DNA of 64,000 nt from Patescibacteria group bacterium (GTDB taxonomy: Bacteria > Patescibacteriota > Minisyncoccia > GCA-002772825): contig JANLHB010000016.1 in NCBI GenBank assembly GCA_024654625.1, positions 137 through 64,136 on the forward strand, in the 5' to 3' direction. Below, one piece after another: positions 19,054 to 28,659 of this stretch. Each line of letters opens with the position of its first letter. Positions within the stretch are counted from its first letter, which is position 1. Under the pieces are notes generated by a model, which worked only from the letters and a program-made list of their open reading frames with translations, had not been told where the DNA came from and did no database searches. The position numbers were made by a program, and so were the translations under genes.

Positions 19054-19707
19054 ATGAAAAAAGGCAAATTCATAGTGATAGAGGGTGGAGAAGGGGCCGG
19101 TAAGGGTATGGTCATGGCGTTTTTGAGGGAGAAGTTGGCTCTACGTGATGATGTCGTCTTTACGAGGGAACCCGGGGGAACTCCTGTTGCTGAGAAGATC
19201 AGAGAAGTCCTTATGGATAAAGAGAATAAGAACACATCTGTTTTAGCTGAACTTTTCCTCTTCTGCTCAGCTCGGGCGCAACATGTGGACGAGCTTGTAA
19301 GACCTTCGCTTGAGGCCGGCAAGATAGTAATAAGCGACAGATTTGATATGTCGACTTTGGCGTATCAGATCTATGGCAGACAGAGGCCAACTTTTCAGAA
19401 GATTTTTATTCTGTTGAATGATATTGCCAAGACGGGTCTTAGACCAGATTCGGTCATCTACCTTGATGTTGATCCGGTCGTCGGTCTTGAAAGGAAGCAC
19501 AAGAGCGACGAAGGTCACTGTACGCGCTTTGATGTGGAGAATCTTAGTTTTCATGAAAGGGTGCGTGCCGGGTATACTGCGCAGTATAAGGAGGCGATTA
19601 AAGATAGGAGCAACCCCGCCTGGTTCTTAGTTGCCACAACAAAGATGGCGGAAAAAGAGGTTAAGAAAACCGTGTGGGGGATAGTTGAAAAAACTGTAAA
19701 CACTTAA
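19054..19707 (+). CDS. tmk: Thymidylate kinase
   Basis: FIVIEGGEGAGK, TREPGGT, SDRF..ST.AYQ. Confidence 0.93.
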   Translation: MKKGKFIVIEGGEGAGKGMVMAFLREKLALRDDVVFTREPGGTPVAEKIREVLMDKENKNTSVLAELFLFCSARAQHVDELVRPSLEAGKIVISDRFDMSTLAYQIYGRQRPTFQKIFILLNDIAKTGLRPDSVIYLDVDPVVGLERKHKSDEGHCTRFDVENLSFHERVRAGYTAQYKEAIKDRSNPAWFLVATTKMAEKEVKKTVWGIVEKTVNT

Positions 19708-19734
19708 CTTGCGAAATAAAAGGAGGTAAAGGAG

Positions 19735-21090
19735 ATGAATATAAAGCTCGTTTCAAAAAGTGTAATAGATCCTCAAGTCCTTGCTTCTTATGCGGCAAAA
19801 GGATGCTATGAAGCGGAAGAGCCGGAGTTGGGTAAGAAGATAGATCTTCAAAAACGCATATTCAACGTTGGGCACCACACAGTTCTTCAGCACAATCACT
19901 ATACTTTTCACATAGAAGGGATAGCGGTAAGCGACATAACCTTTGGCCTGCACCTTGCGAGCCCCTTTTACAACTCAAGCCAGAGGTCAGGCAGATTTTG
20001 TTCTGCTATGTTTTCCTCTCCCGACTACGGAAAGATAGAACAGTACATAAGAACATATTGGCCCGAGGTTGGAAATGGAGAGGTTGCTCTTGCTTTAAAT
20101 CTTGTAAAAGGCGGGATTGAAATCTTTCAGTCAAACATAGACAAGGCGACAAAAATCGCCAAGCATCTAATTAAAGGAGAACGGCCTTTTGCTTCCGAAA
20201 GCTACATAGAGGCGAATGCCGGAAAGTTTGCTCAAGAGCAGATGAGGATGTTTGTCCCAACAATATTCCCAACAGGGATAACCGTAACCTTTAACTTGTC
20301 CGCCCTTGTTTCAATGTATAGGGTGGCATGGTCTCCTGTGTTAAAGCATGTAACTTCGGAGATGATGCGTCTTGCTCTTTGCGACACACCAGAGCTTAAC
20401 TTTATGCTTGAAAAAGAAGAACAGGAAGAGTGGCCCCTAGAGCTTTTTGCTCGGTATCATAAAGCCACAATACCTGTGTTGTCCAAGCCGAAAGGAAAGC
20501 TTGTAAGGATAGAGAATGCAAATTCTTTTACCGAGCCGAAAGGTGGGGACTCACACCCTGTTGACCTTCTTCCTTTCTCCCCCCGGTATATGAGTAATAC
20601 CAATGGGGTAATAGAAACGGAAGTAGAGATTTCTGTTGCCACAATGGGACAGGACCAGCGCCACAGAACTGTTAAAAGAGGCCAACCAAGGTTCACTGAA
20701 AGATTTTATCTTCCTCCAATCCCAAGACTTTGTGGACTTGAGGGAGTTGCGGAAAGTTTTGCTTTCGCATGGTCTTCACTTCTTAGCCTTCTTCCTGGAA
20801 GCTTGGTTACGGCGCTCGCTCCTTACGGGGCTATGGTTTCTTATCCAAAAAGAGCTGATTTCAATGCCGCCTCTCATGAGTATACCAAACGGCTTTGCTG
20901 GTGTACTCAGGAGGAGATATACCATTCTGTTCTTTCTGTAAGAAACGAAGTTTCTAAAAAAGAAGGAGAGAACAGCCCTCTACTTAAGATGTTTTCTCCT
21001 TCTTGCGTCAAGACGGGAAAATGCGGAGAAGGAAGCAGGTATTGCGGAAGAGACATGAAAGAAAACTGCTTCATAGAGAGAAAAGTATAG
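19735..21090 (+). CDS. thyX: FAD-dependent thymidylate synthase, tandem-domain form
   Basis: GHHTVLQH, SSQRSGRF, QDQRHRT, KRLCWCTQEEI, C-terminal Cys cluster. Confidence 0.75.
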   Translation: MNIKLVSKSVIDPQVLASYAAKGCYEAEEPELGKKIDLQKRIFNVGHHTVLQHNHYTFHIEGIAVSDITFGLHLASPFYNSSQRSGRFCSAMFSSPDYGKIEQYIRTYWPEVGNGEVALALNLVKGGIEIFQSNIDKATKIAKHLIKGERPFASESYIEANAGKFAQEQMRMFVPTIFPTGITVTFNLSALVSMYRVAWSPVLKHVTSEMMRLALCDTPELNFMLEKEEQEEWPLELFARYHKATIPVLSKPKGKLVRIENANSFTEPKGGDSHPVDLLPFSPRYMSNTNGVIETEVEISVATMGQDQRHRTVKRGQPRFTERFYLPPIPRLCGLEGVAESFAFAWSSLLSLLPGSLVTALAPYGAMVSYPKRADFNAASHEYTKRLCWCTQEEIYHSVLSVRNEVSKKEGENSPLLKMFSPSCVKTGKCGEGSRYCGRDMKENCFIERKV

Positions 21091-21106
21091 CACAATTCAA
21101 TACCTC

Positions 21107-21149
21107 AACCCCAGGAAACCATCAAATGGTTTCCTGGGGTTTTCTTTTT
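21107..21149 (+). terminator. Intrinsic terminator closing the thymidylate cluster
   Basis: AACCCCAGGAAACCAT/ATGGTTTCCTGGGGTT followed by a T tract. Confidence 0.8.
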
Positions 21150-21192
21150 ATAAAATTTGAATTTTGGCGTTTAAAATAGTAGTATTATAAGA

Positions 21193-24100
21193 ATGGAAGA
21201 TGATTTAAAATCTAAAAGTCCGGCCGAGGCGGAAAAGGACATATTGAAGTTTTGGCAGGATAATAAAATTTTTGAAAAGACATTGGAGAAGGATGCTCCT
21301 TCGGGAGATTTTATCTTCTACGATGGGCCGCCTTTTGCCAACGGTTTGCCTCATTATGGGCATATTTTGGCCAGTGTGATAAAAGACGCCATCCCTCGCT
21401 ATAAGACGATGCGAGGGTATCGCGTCCCGCGCCGATGGGGTTGGGATTGTCATGGTCTGCCTGTTGAAAATGTGGTTGAGAAAGAACTCGGACTTAAAGC
21501 TAAGAAAGATATTGAAGATCTTGGACTGGAGAAGTTTAACAAGGCCGCAAGGAATGTGGTAGTTCGCGATACAAGCGAATGGAAAAAAATTATTCCTAAG
21601 ATAGGTCGTTTTGTTGATATGGAGGCTGACTATAAGACGATGGATCCAAGTTATATGGAATCAGTCTGGTGGGTCTTTAAAACGCTTTACGATAAAGGGC
21701 TTGTCTATGAGGGATACAAGCCGATGCATCTCTGTCCGCGTTGTGAGACGACTCTTGCAAACTTTGAAGTATCTCAAGGATATAAAGATATTACTGATAT
21801 TTCAGTAACGGCTAAATTTGAGCTTGATGACGAGCCGGGCACTTTTGTCTTGGCTTGGACGACAACACCTTGGACACTCCCGGGCAATGTAGCTCTTGCA
21901 GTAAATCCTGATATTTTATATGCGAAGATTGAAAAAGACGGAGAGAGGTTTATTTTAGCGAAAGACCGCCTTGATACTATTGAAGGCGAGTATAAAATAA
22001 TAGAGACTTTTAAAGGTTTTGCATTAGCCGGTAAGAGTTATAAACCGCTTTTTGATTATTATTCAGAGAAAAAAGATTTAGAGAACAGAGAAAACGGTTG
22101 GAAGATTTATTCGGCTGATTTTGTGACGACGGAAGAAGGAACCGGAGTCGTCCACATTGCGCCGGCTTTTGGCGAGGATGATATGAATGTCTCTTTAGAA
22201 TATGCGCTTCCTTTTGTTCAACATGTCTCAGCTGACGGAAGATTTAAGAGTGAGGTAAAAGATTTTGCCGGCAGATTTGTAAAACCGAAAGAAAATCATC
22301 AAGAGACTGATATTGAGATAATAAAACATTTGGCGCACGCGGGTAAATTATTCGCCAAGAAGAAGATCGTTCACTCTTATCCGCATTGCTGGAGATGCGA
22401 CACGCCACTCTTGAATTATGCGACTTCGTCTTGGTTTGTTAAAGTTACTGCGATAAAAGATAATCTTCTTAAGAATAATGGAGAGATTAATTGGGTACCG
22501 GCTCATATAAAGGACGGGCGTTTTGGCAAATGGCTTGAAGGTGCCAGAGATTGGGCGATATCAAGGAGCAGATTTTGGGGAGCTCCTCTTCCGGTGTGGA
22601 AGTGCGATAAGTGCGATAAGCTGGAAATTGCCGGTTCAATAGACGATATTAGAAATAAAGTTAAAAAGTCAGGCAATAAATATTTTGTAATGCGTCATGG
22701 GGAGTCGGAGCATAATAAGAAAAATATTGTCAGCTCTAATGTTTTAAATCCTCATCATATTACGGAAAAAGGGAAGACGGATATAAAGGAGATTGCTCAA
22801 AAGGTAAAAAAGGAAAACATTGATATTATATTCTCTTCAGACTTCGTTCGGACAAAGGAGACTGCTGAGCTACTGGCAAGCGAGATAGGTTGCGATAAAA
22901 GGAAGATAATTTATGATAAACGTATTAGGGAATTAAACACAGGAACTTTTGATGGTAAAAGGCCGAGAGATTATCATGATTATTTTTCTACTCTTGAAGA
23001 GAAGTTTACAAAGACGCCGCCTGAAGGAGAAAATTTGGTTGAGCTTAAAAATAGAGTATCTCAATTCTTGTATGATATTGAGGAAAAATACCAAGATAAA
23101 AATATTTTAATAATAAGCCATGAGTATCCTATCTGGCTTCTTTCCGCAGGAGCTGTCGGGGCTGATATTAAGAAGTCTGTAAAGATGAAAGAGGAAAAAA
23201 GAGATGATTATATAGAAACAGGGGAGTTAATGGAACTTGATTTTGTGCCACTCCCTCATAATGAAAATTATGAAATTGATCTTCATAGGCCATATATAGA
23301 CAAGGTTGAATTTGCTTGTTCTTGTGGGGGTAAAATGAAGAGAATTATTCATGTGTTTGATTGTTGGTTTGAGTCCGGCTCTATGCCGTATGCTTCGGCG
23401 CATTATCCGTTCGCTTGCGCTCAAAATCAAAAATCAAAAATCAAAAATCAAAAATGCTTGGCATTACCGGCCGAGTTTATCGCTGAAGGATTAGACCAGA
23501 CTCGAGGATGGTTTTATACACTGCTTGTTTTATCTACGGCTCTCTTTGAAAAGCCAGCCTATAAGAATGTGATTGTAAACGGGATAATCTTGGCTGAAGA
23601 CGGCCAGAAAATCTCGAAGCGTCTTAAGAATTATCCTGATCCGATGGATGTGGTGCATAAATACGGCGCCGACGCTCTGCGTTTATATCTTCTTTCTTCA
23701 CCTGTGGTACGCGCCGAGGATCTTAATTTTTCCGAGCATGGCGTTGATGAAGTGTATAAGAAAGTGATTCTGCGCTTATGGAATGTTTACAGTTTCTACG
23801 ATATGTACGCACTTGGCGGTTCAACCGCCAAATTAAATTTGGCGGTTGAACCGCCAAATGGGGATAAGAACGTGCTGGATAAGTGGATAATCGCGCGACT
23901 TCTCGAGCTGGAGGAAGAGATAACTCTAAATCTTGAGAAGTATGAACTTGATAAAGCAACAAGACCTATTTTTGATTTTGTAGATGATCTTTCTACTTGG
24001 TATATCAGGCGCTCAAGGGATAGATTCAAGAATGAAGGTGAAGATAAAGGGAGTGCCATTTTAACCACCAGATTTGTTCTAGTGGAGTTCTCTAAAGTTA

Positions 24101-24798
24101 TCGCTCCTTTTATTCCATTTATATCAGAGAGGTTATATCAATTGATTAGTAGAGAAGATGAGGCTAAATCAAATTCACAGAATTTGATCGCCCGATCCGC
24201 CAAAGGCGGATTTAGGGAGAGTATTCATTTAGATGAATGGCCTTATAAGAAGTCGTTAGCTGATAATGTCCTGGGTATGTTTGGTGTAGATAAATCTACT
24301 AAAAATTTGGATATTCTTTATGATATGAAAGAGATAAGAAAAATCGTCTCTCTTGGTCTTGAGGCGCGCGCCGAAGCGGGGTTTAAGGTAAGGCAGCCTT
24401 TGCAAAAATTGATAATCAAAAATGAAAAGTTGAAAGGTAAAGATGATCTACTTGAGCTGGTGAAAGATGAGGTGAATGTGAAAGAGGTAGCTTTTGATGC
24501 CGGCATCTCAAATGAAGTGAAATTAGATTTGGAGCTGACGCCGGAGCTTATCGCCGAAGGGCAGTTTAGGGATATGGTGAGATTTGTCCAGGGCTTGAGG
24601 AAGAAAGCCAGCTTGACACCGGATGATGAGATTTCCGTCTCTGTAAAGACGAGTTCTTCCGGACAAGAATTACTAAAGAAATTTGAAAATGAGTTTAAGG
24701 AGATTGTTAACGCGAGGACTGTGGAGTTCAAGGATATAGAAGATGGAGAGCTGTTGAAATTAGATGACCTGGAAATACATATAAAAATCACGAAATAA
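21193..24798 (+). CDS. ileS: Isoleucyl-tRNA synthetase (type 2) with an inserted histidine-phosphatase domain
   Basis: DGPPFANGLPHYGH, GWDCHGLP, WTTTPWT, KISKR; insert begins YFVMRHGESEHN. Confidence 0.95.
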   Translation: MEDDLKSKSPAEAEKDILKFWQDNKIFEKTLEKDAPSGDFIFYDGPPFANGLPHYGHILASVIKDAIPRYKTMRGYRVPRRWGWDCHGLPVENVVEKELGLKAKKDIEDLGLEKFNKAARNVVVRDTSEWKKIIPKIGRFVDMEADYKTMDPSYMESVWWVFKTLYDKGLVYEGYKPMHLCPRCETTLANFEVSQGYKDITDISVTAKFELDDEPGTFVLAWTTTPWTLPGNVALAVNPDILYAKIEKDGERFILAKDRLDTIEGEYKIIETFKGFALAGKSYKPLFDYYSEKKDLENRENGWKIYSADFVTTEEGTGVVHIAPAFGEDDMNVSLEYALPFVQHVSADGRFKSEVKDFAGRFVKPKENHQETDIEIIKHLAHAGKLFAKKKIVHSYPHCWRCDTPLLNYATSSWFVKVTAIKDNLLKNNGEINWVPAHIKDGRFGKWLEGARDWAISRSRFWGAPLPVWKCDKCDKLEIAGSIDDIRNKVKKSGNKYFVMRHGESEHNKKNIVSSNVLNPHHITEKGKTDIKEIAQKVKKENIDIIFSSDFVRTKETAELLASEIGCDKRKIIYDKRIRELNTGTFDGKRPRDYHDYFSTLEEKFTKTPPEGENLVELKNRVSQFLYDIEEKYQDKNILIISHEYPIWLLSAGAVGADIKKSVKMKEEKRDDYIETGELMELDFVPLPHNENYEIDLHRPYIDKVEFACSCGGKMKRIIHVFDCWFESGSMPYASAHYPFACAQNQKSKIKNQKCLALPAEFIAEGLDQTRGWFYTLLVLSTALFEKPAYKNVIVNGIILAEDGQKISKRLKNYPDPMDVVHKYGADALRLYLLSSPVVRAEDLNFSEHGVDEVYKKVILRLWNVYSFYDMYALGGSTAKLNLAVEPPNGDKNVLDKWIIARLLELEEEITLNLEKYELDKATRPIFDFVDDLSTWYIRRSRDRFKNEGEDKGSAILTTRFVLVEFSKVIAPFIPFISERLYQLISREDEAKSNSQNLIARSAKGGFRESIHLDEWPYKKSLADNVLGMFGVDKSTKNLDILYDMKEIRKIVSLGLEARAEAGFKVRQPLQKLIIKNEKLKGKDDLLELVKDEVNVKEVAFDAGISNEVKLDLELTPELIAEGQFRDMVRFVQGLRKKASLTPDDEISVSVKTSSSGQELLKKFENEFKEIVNARTVEFKDIEDGELLKLDDLEIHIKITK
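23421..23454 (+). repeat. In-frame heptamer tandem repeat (TCAAAAA x4) in ileS
   Basis: Encodes QNQKSKIKNQK. Confidence 0.9.
23813..23857. repeat. 45-bp perfect palindrome in frame in ileS (two GGCGGTT(C/G)AACCGCC units)
   Basis: 22-bp arms, 1-nt loop; encodes LGGSTAKLNLAVEPP. Confidence 0.92.
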
Positions 24799-24799
24799 T

Positions 24800-26047
24800 A
24801 TGAAATATAAATTTCCAGAAAATTTTTTGTGGGGGAGTGCGACGGCGAGCCACCAAGTAGAAGGCGGTAATGTGAACGACTGGTCTATCTGGGAGAAGAA
24901 AAATGCCGATAGGCTTGCTAAGAACGCTAAAAAGAAATTCAGCAAGCTTCCGAACTGGGAGAGTATTAAAGAAGAAGCGGAGAATCCGGAGAATTATATC
25001 TCGGGAAAGGCTTGCGATCATTATAACCGCTATGAAGAGGATTTTGATATTGTAAAATCTTTAGGTCAAAATGCTTTTCGTTTTTCCATAGAGTGGTCGC
25101 GCATCGAGCCGGAAGATGGAAGGTTTGATGAGAGAGAGATATGGCACTATAGAAAGGTGGTCAAGGCCTTGCGCGCTCGCGGTATTGAGCCCTTCGTCAC
25201 TCTCTGGCATTGGCCACTGCCGGTGTGGCTTAAAGATAAGGGAGGATGGAGGTCAAGTGAAATCGTGGATCATTTTGGGAGATATACCATGAAGATGGCA
25301 GAAGCGCTCGGCGCTGATGTCAAATTTTGGATTACCCTTAATGAGCCCTTGGTCTATGCCACACATTCATATCTTAAGGGGGCATGGCCTCCACAGAAAA
25401 AGAACCCGGTATATCTACTCTTTGTAATACGGAATTTAGTTAAGGCACACCGCGCAGCTTACAAGATACTTAAAGAGATAAATAAAGATTCTCAGGTGGG
25501 GATCTCCAAGCACAATGTTTACTTCGATGCTTATAAAGGACGATTTCTAAATCGTCTGCTTAAAAATATACTTGATTGGGCGTGGAACTTTTCTTTCCTA
25601 AATAGTATAAAAAATTATCAGGATTTTATCGGTCTTAACAACTATCATCATAACCGCATCAATTACGGCTTTAATAAAAATGATGATGATAAACTTTCTG
25701 ATATGGGCTGGGAACTTTACCCAGATGCCCTATATTATGGATTACTGGATATCAAGAAATATAATAAGCCGATTTACATCACGGAGAATGGCTTGGCCGA
25801 TAGGGAAGATAGATACAGAGCTTGGTTTATAGAAGAGAATTTAAAAAGTATGGCAAGAGCGATGGGGGAAGGCTTGGATGTGCGCGGATATCTTTACTGG
25901 TCATTGCTCGATAACTTTGAATGGGATAAAGGCTTCTGGCCCAGGTTTGGGTTGGTGGAGATTGATTATAAAACGCTAGAGCGGAAAATCCGCCCCAGCG
26001 CCCACGAATACGCGAAGATTTGCAAGACAAATGAGATTGAAGTTTGA
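24800..26047 (+). CDS. Glycoside hydrolase family 1 (beta-glucosidase-like)
   Basis: FLWGSATASHQVEG, TLNEP, YITENG, WSLLDNFEW. Confidence 0.93.
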   Translation: MKYKFPENFLWGSATASHQVEGGNVNDWSIWEKKNADRLAKNAKKKFSKLPNWESIKEEAENPENYISGKACDHYNRYEEDFDIVKSLGQNAFRFSIEWSRIEPEDGRFDEREIWHYRKVVKALRARGIEPFVTLWHWPLPVWLKDKGGWRSSEIVDHFGRYTMKMAEALGADVKFWITLNEPLVYATHSYLKGAWPPQKKNPVYLLFVIRNLVKAHRAAYKILKEINKDSQVGISKHNVYFDAYKGRFLNRLLKNILDWAWNFSFLNSIKNYQDFIGLNNYHHNRINYGFNKNDDDKLSDMGWELYPDALYYGLLDIKKYNKPIYITENGLADREDRYRAWFIEENLKSMARAMGEGLDVRGYLYWSLLDNFEWDKGFWPRFGLVEIDYKTLERKIRPSAHEYAKICKTNEIEV

Positions 26048-26092
26048 TTTATTCTTTAGTATTAATTTTTAATTAAGGTATAATTTAAAAAT

Positions 26093-27013
26093 ATGAGCTG
26101 GGTTTTTGTTGCCATTGTAGCTTACTTTATAAACGCCGTTAATTCGGTTATTGATAAGTTGCTCTTAGATAAGAATATTCCAAACCCTATTGCTTACACA
26201 TTTTATGTAGGTTTGTTCAGCATATTTGCTTTGGCTTTTGCGCCGTTTAGTTTGGTGTGGCCCGGTCTTGGGCAACTTCTTTTGAGTTTTCTTGTGGGGG
26301 CGGTTTTTCTTTGCGCGCTTCTGGCTTTCTTTATTGCTTTAAGCAAAGACGAGGTTTCTCGTATCGCTCCTATTGTCGGCGCTTTCACGCCGATTTTTGT
26401 ATTTTTACTTTCTTTTCTTTTTTTAGGAGAAAGATTATTTTGGCACCAGATAACAGCTTTTGTTTTTCTTTTTGCAGGAGGAATTTTAATCTTAGCCAGA
26501 AGGAAAGAGCACCATCTCCACAATAATTCGGCATTTAAAAAATATTCTTGGCGAAAGATTGAGATATCAATTTTAGCCGCTTTTTTATTTGCTCTTTTTT
26601 ATGTGTTAACAAAATTTGTTTTCTTGAATCAGCCATTTGTTTCAACTTTTGTGTGGACTAGGGTGGGGAGTTTTCTTGCCGCTTTTTTGCTTATTTTGCC
26701 AAAAGGATTTAGGCGATCAGTTTTTCACACTACAAAAAATGTTGGGGCAAAAGGAGGAGGCTTATTTATCTTCAATAAGTTTTTAGCAGGTATAGGTTTT
26801 ATTCTTCTAAACTATGCTATCTCTCTCGGAAGTGTTACTTTAGTGAATGCGCTTCAAGGGATACAGTATATTTCTATTCTGTTTTTAGCTGGGATTATTG
26901 TTAGGGTTTCTCCCGGGGCTATAAAAGAAGAGGTGCATCATTGGAAATGTTTTTTGCAAAAGGTCGTGGCGGTATTTTTAATAGGCATAGGGCTAGTGGT
27001 TTTAGCTTTTTAA
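26093..27013 (+). CDS. EamA/DMT family transporter
   Basis: About 10 TM segments, FLGERL. Confidence 0.75.
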   Translation: MSWVFVAIVAYFINAVNSVIDKLLLDKNIPNPIAYTFYVGLFSIFALAFAPFSLVWPGLGQLLLSFLVGAVFLCALLAFFIALSKDEVSRIAPIVGAFTPIFVFLLSFLFLGERLFWHQITAFVFLFAGGILILARRKEHHLHNNSAFKKYSWRKIEISILAAFLFALFYVLTKFVFLNQPFVSTFVWTRVGSFLAAFLLILPKGFRRSVFHTTKNVGAKGGGLFIFNKFLAGIGFILLNYAISLGSVTLVNALQGIQYISILFLAGIIVRVSPGAIKEEVHHWKCFLQKVVAVFLIGIGLVVLAF

Positions 27014-27016
27014 AAG

Positions 27017-28021
27017 ATGCTGAAAAAGGTAATTTTAATTTTGCTTGTAATTTTATTTCTAATCTTAGGATTTTTTTCTTTTTTATTCTTCACCCCTATT
27101 CAAGGTAATGCTTCTGATTATGTTTGGGGTATAACTTTTTCTAAGGCTTTTAGTCAAGATATGGGGTTGGACTTTAGAGAGGTTTATCTTGCGATGTTAG
27201 AGGAGCTTGAGCCCGGCGTGATTCGCTTGCCGCTTTATTGGCAAGACGTAGAACCTCAAAGAGAAGTTTATTTTTTTGATGATTACGATTGGATGATAGA
27301 AATGGCCAGAGAGAAAAATATAAAATTAGTTTTAGCAGTTGGACAAAAATTGCCACGCTGGCCAGAGTGCCAAATTCCTCTTTGGGTTGATCCTTTGAGT
27401 AAAGAAGAGAAAAAAGATGAGATCATTCATCTTATAGATAAAGTAATTAGGCGTTATAAAGATTATGATAATATTTACGCTTGGCAGATTGAGAACGAGC
27501 CATTTCTTCATTTTGGGGAGTGTGACAGATTTAATAGGGAATTCTTAAACGAAGAGATTGAAATAGCGCGCTCTATTGATCCAAGTCGACCTATCATAGT
27601 GACAGATAGCGGTGAGCTCGGGACTTGGTTTTCTGCCGCAAAGAGAGCCGATATTCTCGGTACTAGTGTCTATAGGATAATCTGGAATAAATATTTTGGC
27701 TATTTTGAATATCCGATTCCGCCGAATTTTTTTTGGTTTAAGGCAAATTTACTTCGCCTGTTTTATCCTGATAAACCGATTATTATAAGCGAACTCCAGA
27801 TGGAGCCATGGGGGCCTAAGATGATTTATGAAACACCTCTTTCTGAACAGGAGATTTCTATGAACATAGACCAATTTCATAGCAATATAGAATACGCTAA
27901 GAAGACCGGCTTTAAAGAAATTTATTTATGGGGCGTAGAATGGTGGTATTGGATGAAAGAGAAGCATAACAGACCGGAGTTTTGGGAGGGGGTAAAAAAA
28001 GTTATAAATGAAAAAAGATAA
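27017..28021 (+). CDS. Membrane-anchored clan GH-A glycoside hydrolase (GH5/GH42-like)
   Basis: IRLPLYWQDVEP, WQIENEP, ISELQMEPW. Confidence 0.75.
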   Translation: MLKKVILILLVILFLILGFFSFLFFTPIQGNASDYVWGITFSKAFSQDMGLDFREVYLAMLEELEPGVIRLPLYWQDVEPQREVYFFDDYDWMIEMAREKNIKLVLAVGQKLPRWPECQIPLWVDPLSKEEKKDEIIHLIDKVIRRYKDYDNIYAWQIENEPFLHFGECDRFNREFLNEEIEIARSIDPSRPIIVTDSGELGTWFSAAKRADILGTSVYRIIWNKYFGYFEYPIPPNFFWFKANLLRLFYPDKPIIISELQMEPWGPKMIYETPLSEQEISMNIDQFHSNIEYAKKTGFKEIYLWGVEWWYWMKEKHNRPEFWEGVKKVINEKR

Positions 28022-28025
28022 ATAA

Positions 28026-28610
28026 ATGTCTCATCACATATATCAGACAGAAGGTATTGTCCTTGGGAAAAAAAATTTTGGCGAAGCCGATCAGTTTATA
28101 AGTTTTTATACTTCAGGCTTGGGCGGGCTTAATGCGGTAGCAAACGGGGTAAGGCTATTGAAGTCAAAGCTTAGATATAATTTAGACAATCTCTCATATG
28201 CCAGTTTCTCATTTGTTCGAGGAAAAGAGTCTTGGCGTATAATAGACGCGAGAGAGATTTCAAGATTTAACATTAAGGAAGACAATGATAAAAGAGCATC
28301 TCTTGGCAGGATCGTAAAACTTCTTTCCCGCTTGGTTCAAGGGGAAGAAAGGAATGAAAATCTTTGGGATATTGTTAAAGATGGTATATCTTTTTTAGAC
28401 AGAAATTCTTTTGACAAAAAAGCTCTAATTAATTTTGAGATTATAATGGCCATTAGGATACTAAATAATCTTGGCTATATTGGCGAGGTTGGCAATTTAG
28501 GCAGATTTTTAGATAAAAAGTTTTGTTTGGGTATGATTGATGAGATGAATAATTTTAAAAAAGAGGCTGTTGTTGAAATAAAAAAAGGACTAAAAGAGAG
28601 TCATCTTTAA
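28026..28610 (+). CDS. recO: DNA repair protein RecO (short form)
   Basis: TEGIVLG..FGEAD...A.GVR..KSKL OB-fold. Confidence 0.8.
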   Translation: MSHHIYQTEGIVLGKKNFGEADQFISFYTSGLGGLNAVANGVRLLKSKLRYNLDNLSYASFSFVRGKESWRIIDAREISRFNIKEDNDKRASLGRIVKLLSRLVQGEERNENLWDIVKDGISFLDRNSFDKKALINFEIIMAIRILNNLGYIGEVGNLGRFLDKKFCLGMIDEMNNFKKEAVVEIKKGLKESHL

Positions 28611-28659
28611 TTAATATTATAACTCTCGATTTAAGAGAGTTTTATGATATAATCATAAA

